DNA of 52,064 bases from the IMG/VR virus record IMGVR_UViG_3300030330_006571, positions 1-52,064 of that record; one strand, 5' to 3'. Numbering within the stretch: the first letter of the stretch is position 1; every line of letters starts with the position of its first letter. Below the pieces are notes generated by a model. It was not told the origin of the DNA. It did not search any database and saw nothing but the letters and a program-made list of their open reading frames with translations. Origin of the DNA: a virus (taxonomy: Duplodnaviria > Caudoviricetes). This document shows, in pieces, positions 45,674-52,064 of the stretch. The position numbers and the translations under genes were made by a program.

Positions 45674-47494
45674 ATGCCTGGAACCGGATCATCAACTAGC
45701 TCAAATCAAAATCGTTCGTATGTCACGAACGATGGACGTGCTTCTACATTTGGTAGAAATTTAATTCAATATATTCAAAATCGACTGCCATATGCAACAG
45801 ACGGTAGAGGTGAAAATGATCAACTAAATCCAAAATATAAAATTTTTAAAAAAGCGGGTATGAGAAGAGCGGAAGCACTTGCTAAGGCTTCTATTTCATC
45901 TTCAAATCCTTATAATAATATACCTATAGGCGACTTCGCTAAAGACTCTTCTTTTGGCGATGTAATGTACGCTAATATTCAAGATGATAAGCAAGGTAGA
46001 TTAAGAGATTATCGTATAATGGCAGCGTATTCTGAAGTAGCAGATGCTTTAGATGAAATTTGTGATGAAACAATTAACCCGGATGAATCCGGATGGATTA
46101 CACATCTGCATTTTAAAGATATTGATCTTACTATTGATCAAAAAGAAGAAGTTGATAAACAATTTCATAGATATGTAGAGTATTATGATCTTAAAAATAA
46201 AGGATGGCAATATTTTAGACAGCTATTAGTTGAGGGTGAAGTATTTTTTGAACAGATAATTCACGACGGTTACGTTGAAGATGGTGTTTTAGGTGTTATT
46301 AATCTCCCAGCTGAAATTATTGACCCGGTATATAACAATATACAAAATATGCTCGTTAAGGGGTATATATATAGAAAACCTATTTTTAGTCCTCATCAAC
46401 CTAATAAGGTAGAAAAGATTGAATTTATTCCTATGGATCAAAACCAGATTATGTATGTTAATTCTGGTGTATACAATGAAACAAAAAACTTCGTTATACC
46501 GTTTTTAGAAAATGCTAGACGTCCATATAGACAGTTATCATTAATTGAGGATGCAATTGTTATTTACCGTTTAGTTAGAGCACCTGAAAGACTAGTCTTT
46601 AATGTAGATGTCGGTAATATGCCACCACCAAAAGCTGAGGCTTACCTTAAAAAGCTTATACAGAATTATTGGTCAAGAAAAACGTTTGATTTAGATCAGA
46701 ATGATGTTGTTAAAAAGTTTAATCCACAATCAATGCTCGATGCTTTTTGGTTTGCTAAGAGACAAGGATCTGAAGGTACATCAGTTACACAGCTACCCGG
46801 TGGTGATAACTTAGGTGAGTTAGCAGACTTAATGTATTTTATTAAGAAACTATATAGGTCTCTTAAAGTACCATCAACAAGATTAGACCCTACCGACCAA
46901 GCATCAGCAGATGGGTCAACAATTCTTCGCGAAGAATTAAAATTTGCAAGATTTGTTATGAGGCAGCAACAAAGATTTGCAGCTGGTCTCAAAAAAGGAT
47001 TTATTACCCATTTAACACTAATGGGTATATTTGAAAAATTGGAACTTAACGAACAGAATCTTGAAGTTGAGTTTAATGTTCCAACTAATTTTTATGAGCT
47101 TAGAGAAAATCAAAGACTTGAATTAAAGCAAAGAAACTATAATGATTTAGCTAGTAGTGAATTTGTTTCTGCTACATATGCACAGAAAAAATATCTTGGA
47201 TGGAAGGATAGAGACATATTAGCTAATAGAGAATTTCTTAGAAAAGATGCTGAGCTTACGTGGGAGCTTGGCCAGATTCAAGCCGCTGGCCCGGCGTGGA
47301 AAGAGATGGCAATTGCGGGTGAAGTTGGTGAAGCAGATGCGGCTGTTGGCGGCGAAGGCGGAGGTGTTGGTGGAGGCGCAATGGGCGCTGGTGATATACC
47401 TGAGTTCGGAGGCGGACCTGCTGACGTAGGTGGGGAAGAAGTTGAGGTAGCTGCTGAAACCGAAGTTGATGCAGAAGAGACCGCTGAAGTTTAA
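45674..47494 (+). CDS. gp20: Portal protein (gp20)
   Basis: YR.MA...EV..A..EI, QLSLIEDAIVIYRLVRAPERLVFNVDVGNMP..KAE.YL, SML...W...R.G..GT.V..LPGG.NLG, LKVPSTRL, ILREELKF. Confidence 0.97.
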   Translation: MPGTGSSTSSNQNRSYVTNDGRASTFGRNLIQYIQNRLPYATDGRGENDQLNPKYKIFKKAGMRRAEALAKASISSSNPYNNIPIGDFAKDSSFGDVMYANIQDDKQGRLRDYRIMAAYSEVADALDEICDETINPDESGWITHLHFKDIDLTIDQKEEVDKQFHRYVEYYDLKNKGWQYFRQLLVEGEVFFEQIIHDGYVEDGVLGVINLPAEIIDPVYNNIQNMLVKGYIYRKPIFSPHQPNKVEKIEFIPMDQNQIMYVNSGVYNETKNFVIPFLENARRPYRQLSLIEDAIVIYRLVRAPERLVFNVDVGNMPPPKAEAYLKKLIQNYWSRKTFDLDQNDVVKKFNPQSMLDAFWFAKRQGSEGTSVTQLPGGDNLGELADLMYFIKKLYRSLKVPSTRLDPTDQASADGSTILREELKFARFVMRQQQRFAAGLKKGFITHLTLMGIFEKLELNEQNLEVEFNVPTNFYELRENQRLELKQRNYNDLASSEFVSATYAQKKYLGWKDRDILANREFLRKDAELTWELGQIQAAGPAWKEMAIAGEVGEADAAVGGEGGGVGGGAMGAGDIPEFGGGPADVGGEEVEVAAETEVDAEETAEV

Positions 47495-47874
47495 CGCGAC
47501 GGGTTGTTGCTAAAGAACTGAGTTCTGTAATAGAGCGGATTAGCTACGGCAACTGCTGAGGCGTGTTTAGCTGAAATTTCATCAGCATTTGTAAGTCCCA
47601 TAAACGTAATACCTTGTAACGGTGTAGCTGCAGCTGCAGCTTTAATTAATATACGTTTATTATCATCTGGTGTGGTCCCGGGACGTCGCGAATTTTTATC
47701 ATATATATAAAGATCTACTGTCGTTAAATTATAAATTGTTACTTGTGAAGCTGGTTGAGTTGACAGCGGGAAAATAGCAGTTCCACCGTGTGTACATTCA
47801 AATGAATGACATTCATTTAAATTAAAATATTCACTCCCTGTATTGGATGTTGGGTAATTTGTTTCTGCTGACAT
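47491..47874 (-). CDS. Hypothetical late protein, antisense to the structural block
   Basis: 127-aa ORF with its own AATAAATA-N6-ATG; fills the gap between gp20 and gp13. Confidence 0.68.
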   Translation of the reverse strand: MSAETNYPTSNTGSEYFNLNECHSFECTHGGTAIFPLSTQPASQVTIYNLTTVDLYIYDKNSRRPGTTPDDNKRILIKAAAAATPLQGITFMGLTNADEISAKHASAVAVANPLYYRTQFFSNNPSR

Positions 47875-47880
47875 ATAAAT

Positions 47881-47900
47881 TATTTATTCGCGAATAAATA
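47881..47900. promoter_or_regulatory. Perfect 20-bp palindrome forming back-to-back late promoters
   Basis: TATTTATTCGCGAATAAATA; AATAAATA on each strand, 5-6 nt before the divergent ATGs. Confidence 0.75.
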
Positions 47901-47905
47901 TTTTT

Positions 47906-49105
47906 ATGGCACTTGCATGCAATATTCAACCTCTTTCAGCTTTCTTATCGACAAATTTAAATAGTAAAATTGAAACTTACGATAGACTCGGTGATAGAAT
48001 AAAAAGATCGTTAGGTTACCCATTAGTTAGCTTAGAAATACATACAGATCAACTTCGCGAAAACATTCAAATAGCGGTTGAATATTTTACAAAGTATGCT
48101 GGTTATACAAGAGAATACTTAATTTTTGATTCGGCAATGTACGAAACCAATAAAGGTATTCGATTAGATTTATTATATACTTTAGCAAATACCGACTTAG
48201 ATACAAATGCACAAAAAACAGCTGGAACTAATCCCTTAGGACCTGGTCCGGAATTTTATGGCAGTACTCCGGAGTCTATATTTGTATGTACGTCATCAAT
48301 ACTTTCTTCAGATTTTGTTTCTTCTTCAGCTTTATCAGCGACGTTTGCTTCTCCTTCTGCCGGTGGAGGCATAGCTCAGTTCGAATTATTTGATGATTCA
48401 ATATATTCACAAATTACTGCTTATGATGAATTAGAAAGACCACAACTCTCACTGAGTGTGTTAGGACTTAGTTCTTCTTTTACTGAAAACCAGCGTAATA
48501 CACTTACTTTCGAAGGATCTGCATCTGATGCAGTATTTTATCAAAATGTATATGACTATGATATAATGGATTATAGAAAAGTTGTTGATGTTATTGATTT
48601 TGAAGAAGGTTCTACTACCGGTATCAATACATTGTTTACATTAGAACAAACGTTAGCGCAGCAAACATATTTTAGTTATGCATTAGGTAACTATGGCTTT
48701 GATCTTGTTTCTTGGTATACATTAAAAGAGTGGATAGATACCCGGGAAAAAATGCTAGCTATACGACGTGATATAAAATTTGATCCGAGAACACAATACA
48801 TGCAAATGTATCCTCAGCCTGGTGGAGATAGATTTTACGGTGTGTTAGGGTGTTATCTAGAACAACCTATTAGATCTGTAATTATGGAGCAGTGGATTTA
48901 TGAATACGCTCTAGCGTTATCTATGATAACTATAGGGCGTGTACGAGGTAAGTTTGGTAATGTTGCCTTGCTAGGAGGCGGTGCATTAAATTATGATATG
49001 CTAGAAAAAGGCGAAGCAAGAAAAGCTGAATTAGAAGAAAAGTTACTTGCTGGTTCAGCACCAGGGTTAGGAGATGCAGACCCTCCACTATTCTTTGTAG
49101 GATGA
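47906..49105 (+). CDS. gp13: Neck protein (gp13-like)
   Basis: IKRSLGYPLVSLEI..DQL...I..A..YF, WIYEYALAL....G.VRGKF.NV.L.GG..LN, PPLFFVG C-terminus. Confidence 0.88.
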   Translation: MALACNIQPLSAFLSTNLNSKIETYDRLGDRIKRSLGYPLVSLEIHTDQLRENIQIAVEYFTKYAGYTREYLIFDSAMYETNKGIRLDLLYTLANTDLDTNAQKTAGTNPLGPGPEFYGSTPESIFVCTSSILSSDFVSSSALSATFASPSAGGGIAQFELFDDSIYSQITAYDELERPQLSLSVLGLSSSFTENQRNTLTFEGSASDAVFYQNVYDYDIMDYRKVVDVIDFEEGSTTGINTLFTLEQTLAQQTYFSYALGNYGFDLVSWYTLKEWIDTREKMLAIRRDIKFDPRTQYMQMYPQPGGDRFYGVLGCYLEQPIRSVIMEQWIYEYALALSMITIGRVRGKFGNVALLGGGALNYDMLEKGEARKAELEEKLLAGSAPGLGDADPPLFFVG

Positions 49106-49539
49106 GTAAATGGAGACAGGGTATTTTTACTCCAAATAATCCCGATAAATTTATTGGGAGTAAAGCCGTTTATAGGTCCGGGCTTGAGTTAAAATTTTTT
49201 AGATTTTGCGATAAGAATCCTAATGTTAAAAAATGGGGAAGTGAGAATGTAGTTGTACCATATATTAGTCCTTTAGATCATAAAGCACATAGATATTTTG
49301 TCGATAACTATATAGAAATATTAGAAGGTACAAACTTAAAAAAATATCTCGTAGAAATAAAACCTTCAAAACAAACTAAGCCCCCAACCACCAAATATCG
49401 AAAGAGGCGACACCTGTTATATGAACAAAGAGCGTATGTTATAAATCAAGCAAAGTGGGAGGCAGCGCGGGAGTATAGTAAAAAAATCGGCTGTGAGTTT
49501 ATTATTTTAACAGAAAGAGAGCTAATTTATAACAAATGA
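49102..49539 (+). CDS. gp4: Head completion nuclease (gp4-like, TnsA-type)
   Basis: G.F.P.NP.K, YRSGLE..F..FCD.NP.V..WGSE, HRYFVD, VEIKP..QT, NQAKW.AA, F.ILTE. Confidence 0.92.
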   Translation: MSKWRQGIFTPNNPDKFIGSKAVYRSGLELKFFRFCDKNPNVKKWGSENVVVPYISPLDHKAHRYFVDNYIEILEGTNLKKYLVEIKPSKQTKPPTTKYRKRRHLLYEQRAYVINQAKWEAAREYSKKIGCEFIILTERELIYNK

Positions 49540-49551
49540 ATAAATAATTAC

Positions 49552-50217
49552 ATGTCGTTAAAACTTAACTTGGTTGTTGAAAAACCTGATATAAATGATG
49601 AGTTCGAATACATTGAGGAAGAAGTAGATAGGAACTCCCCGTCAAATTTATATATAAAAGGCCCTTATATGATGGCCGAGGGAGTAAATCGCAATAATCG
49701 GATGTATCCTTTAGATGAATTAGTAAGAGAAGCTAAGCGTTATAATGAGGAAATGGTTGTACCGGGAAGAGCCATGGGAGAGCTAAATCACCCTACTACT
49801 GCTGATGTTGATCTAGAAAGAGCATGTCACATGGTAACCGAGCTAACTCAAGATGGTAACGTTTTTTATGGCAAGTCAAAAGTTTTATCTACACCTTGTG
49901 GTCAAATTGTTAGATCACTAGTTAACGATGGAGTAAAAGTAGGTATGTCATCTCGTGCACTTGGAACATTAGAAGAAGGATCTGAGCATAATGTTGTTAA
50001 AAATATGAAGTTAGTAGCAATTGACTGTGTAGCTGACCCTTCCTACCCAAAAGCTTTTGTTAATGGTATATTAGAATCTAAACAATGGGTACTAGTAGAT
50101 GATAATAAGTATGAAGAAGTTTATGAAAATTTCGAAAAATCACTGCAAAGGTTACCAAAAAAGGAAATAGATACCTTTTTACGTGACAGAATTCTTAGCT
50201 TTATTAAGTCGATCTAA
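49552..50217 (+). CDS. gp21: Prohead protease (gp21)
   Basis: LYIKG, NRNNRMY, AMGELNHP, TPCGQIV, GMSSRALG, DCVADPS...AFVNGILE. Confidence 0.95.
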   Translation: MSLKLNLVVEKPDINDEFEYIEEEVDRNSPSNLYIKGPYMMAEGVNRNNRMYPLDELVREAKRYNEEMVVPGRAMGELNHPTTADVDLERACHMVTELTQDGNVFYGKSKVLSTPCGQIVRSLVNDGVKVGMSSRALGTLEEGSEHNVVKNMKLVAIDCVADPSYPKAFVNGILESKQWVLVDDNKYEEVYENFEKSLQRLPKKEIDTFLRDRILSFIKSI

Positions 50218-50228
50218 TAAATATTAAT

Positions 50229-50375
50229 ATGTCTAAACAAAAACAAAAAATAGCAAAGTTTATTGAGCATATTTCTACTAAAAATTATGCTAAGGCACAT
50301 AAATATTTAAAGAGTGTCGTTGAGGACAAAATAACAAAAAAAATTAACGACGCAACTGAAAAACCATTATTTTAA
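50229..50375 (+). CDS. Small prohead core protein candidate (gp67-like), 48 aa
   Basis: MSKQKQKIAKFIEHISTKNYAKAHKYLKSVVEDKITKKINDATEKPLF*; AATAAATA-N5-ATG; lies between gp21 and gp22; below the ORF-track cutoff. Confidence 0.68.
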   Translation: MSKQKQKIAKFIEHISTKNYAKAHKYLKSVVEDKITKKINDATEKPLF

Positions 50376-50378
50376 ATC

Positions 50379-51233
50379 ATGAGCAAGAAACAAGCATTAC
50401 CCGAACAAGCAGAAGAGGTGCTAACCGAAGAGTCGGTTAAAGCTATTGAAACTGCTATCGAAGAAAAGATTCAATTATCTGTAGAATCAGCATTAACTAA
50501 TCAAGATGAGCTTTATGCTGAAAAGCTCCAAGATTTAGTAAGTGCAATTGATAAAGATCACACAGATAAGCTTAAAAGAGTGGTTGAAGCTGTAGATCAT
50601 AATAATGCAAATAAACTTATTAAAGTTGTAAAGCGTTATGAAAATGAATTAACAGGTCGTGCTAGCCAGTTTAAAGATACTTTAGTAGAGAGTATCTCTG
50701 ATTACTTAGAAGAATACCTTGAAGAATCAGTACCCACGCAGGCAATTGAAGAAGCTACAAAGAATAGAACCGCAAGAGAGGTTCTCAGTAATTTAAGAAA
50801 GGTTCTCGCGGTAGACTCTACGCTCATGAGTGAGTCTGTTAAAGAAGCTGTGATGGATGGTAAAGAGCAAATTGATGAATTAACAGATAAAGTTAATAAG
50901 TTAGCCAAAGAAAATAACTTTCTTAAAGAAGCGTATAGTAAGCAAAATGCTACATTATTGTTAGAAACCAAAACAGCAAATCTACCTGAGAGTAAAAAAG
51001 CCTACTTACGTAAGATCTTAAGTGATAAGTCGCCAAAGTTTATTAAAGAAAACTTTGAATATACAGCAAAGTTGTTTGATAAAAAAGAAAAAGAAAGACT
51101 TACAGTAATTAAAGAGGAAGCATATAAGAAGCGTAGAGTTAAGACTGATGCTCCCGTACAACCAATTTCAGAGAAGAAGGAACAGAAGCCATATAACCCG
51201 TATTTAGCGGAGTTAGAAAGGTCTCATAAATAA
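50379..51233 (+). CDS. gp22: Prohead scaffold protein (gp22-like)
   Basis: Helical E/K-rich 284-aa protein with many (L/I/V)-x-E sites, between protease and capsid genes. Confidence 0.82.
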   Translation: MSKKQALPEQAEEVLTEESVKAIETAIEEKIQLSVESALTNQDELYAEKLQDLVSAIDKDHTDKLKRVVEAVDHNNANKLIKVVKRYENELTGRASQFKDTLVESISDYLEEYLEESVPTQAIEEATKNRTAREVLSNLRKVLAVDSTLMSESVKEAVMDGKEQIDELTDKVNKLAKENNFLKEAYSKQNATLLLETKTANLPESKKAYLRKILSDKSPKFIKENFEYTAKLFDKKEKERLTVIKEEAYKKRRVKTDAPVQPISEKKEQKPYNPYLAELERSHK

Positions 51234-51329
51234 TTTCAACCCTGAACAATGAGGTGCTAGTCACCTGAGTAACTTGGACTAGTTCGAAATGCTAAGTCCA
51301 TGAGGTAAAATGAAAGGAAACGTCTTATT
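51225..51329 (+). promoter_or_regulatory. Late promoter and structured 5' leader of the capsid gene
   Basis: CATAAATA at 51225-51232; hairpins AGGTG/CACCT and TGGACT/AGTCCA; SD-like AAAGGA before the ATG. Confidence 0.6.
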
Positions 51330-52064
51330 ATGAATAAACCACAATCATTTATCGATAGAGATAGAGCAGATACACTTCTTGAGAAGTGGGCACCTGTTCT
51401 TGAATACTCTTCCGACAGTGTTAAGGCTATTGAAGACGATCACACTCGTTTAAACACCGCTATTCTTTTGGAAAACCAGGAGAAGTGGTGTATCGAGGAA
51501 GCCAATACAGCAGGATCCGGTGGATCTCTTGGTAGCGGTGCTACTATGGGAACCATTTATGGTCCTAACGCGGGAGCCGAAAATATCGGTTCCGGTGATA
51601 CATACGCTAATGGTGATGCCCGTCTTCCTAAAGTACTTATCCCTATGATTCGTCGTACGTTCCCTGAGCTTATCACTAATGAAATCGTTGGTGTTCAGCC
51701 TATGTCTGGTCCTGTTGGACTTGCATTTGCTCTTCGTTATGCTTATCAGTCCCAGCAATTGGGAGCTGGTATCGACGGAAGCAATGCAACAACTGGAACT
51801 GGTCCTGGTGTTGTAACACAGCCTGGGGGTGAAACTCCAGCAGCGGATGTATATAGTGGCACGTTACCGGGTGATGAACTCGGTTATCAGTTGCTCGACA
51901 CTACGTTCACCGGAACCTCATCTGAGCGCCTTAGTGGTGGTACAGATTGGGCTTTCGCTGACCAAGATAAAGGTGTTGCTCAGATCCTTTCCGCTTTCGA
52001 GATCACTGGAAACATTCCTCAGGTTGAGGTTAAGTTCGAGAAGACCGCTGTTGAGGCCGGCACA
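51330..52064 (+). CDS. gp23: Major capsid protein (gp23), partial, runs off the window
   Basis: MNKPQSFIDRDRADTLLEKWAPVLE, TAILLENQE, LIPMIRRTFPELITNEIVGVQPMSGPVGLAFALRY, FEKTAVEA; absent from the ORF track because it has no stop. Confidence 0.96.
   Translation, partial: MNKPQSFIDRDRADTLLEKWAPVLEYSSDSVKAIEDDHTRLNTAILLENQEKWCIEEANTAGSGGSLGSGATMGTIYGPNAGAENIGSGDTYANGDARLPKVLIPMIRRTFPELITNEIVGVQPMSGPVGLAFALRYAYQSQQLGAGIDGSNATTGTGPGVVTQPGGETPAADVYSGTLPGDELGYQLLDTTFTGTSSERLSGGTDWAFADQDKGVAQILSAFEITGNIPQVEVKFEKTAVEAGT

Noticed and set aside
47310-47494. GC-rich Gly/Glu stretch at the portal 3' end as a foreign insert
   Set aside because: Low-complexity acidic C-terminal tails are common on T4-like portal proteins.
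1452-51758. Numerous short ORFs antisense to or nested within confident genes (e.g. 1452-1721, 4699-4917, 8030-8464, 14347-14682, 26132-26578, 41765-42097, 51450-51758)
   Set aside because: They fully overlap well-supported genes, lack recognisable motifs, and are expected shadow frames.
1-52064. Alternative genetic code (stop-codon recoding)
   Set aside because: Conserved genes are full length under the standard code, and TAA, TAG and TGA all occur as genuine stops.

Overview
A 52 kb AT-rich segment of a large T4-like (myovirus-type) bacteriophage genome, probably from an uncultured aquatic lineage. From left to right: (i) a minus-strand replication/recombination block (queC, uvsX, hsp20, gp43 DNA polymerase, a glycosyltransferase, gp46/gp47, gp55, uvsW, uvsY) that contains a ~170-nt structured non-coding element; (ii) a plus-strand late block (12.9-20.7 kb) of about ten proteins with N-termini resembling the T4 capsid-targeting sequence, including a nuclease-like, a ligase-like, a nucleotidyltransferase and an aspartic-protease-like enzyme; (iii) denV-like glycosylase, folE2, queD, phoH, queE and a P-loop kinase, which with queC complete a preQ0 (7-deazaguanine) pathway with no recognisable dpdA in the window; (iv) a ~16 kb glycosylation island (about nine glycosyltransferase-like genes, two FkbM methyltransferases, three NDP-sugar epimerases, an NDP-sugar dehydrogenase, a HAD-nucleotidyltransferase fusion); (v) GroES-like, DinG-like and a rearranged head/neck module (gp15, gp20, gp13, gp4, gp21, gp22, and gp23 running off the end). 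Promoter-like motifs sit 5-9 nt upstream of many start codons, suggesting largely leaderless mRNAs. No tRNA, rRNA, CRISPR array or intein was recognised. All family calls come from motif recognition by eye, not from database searches.
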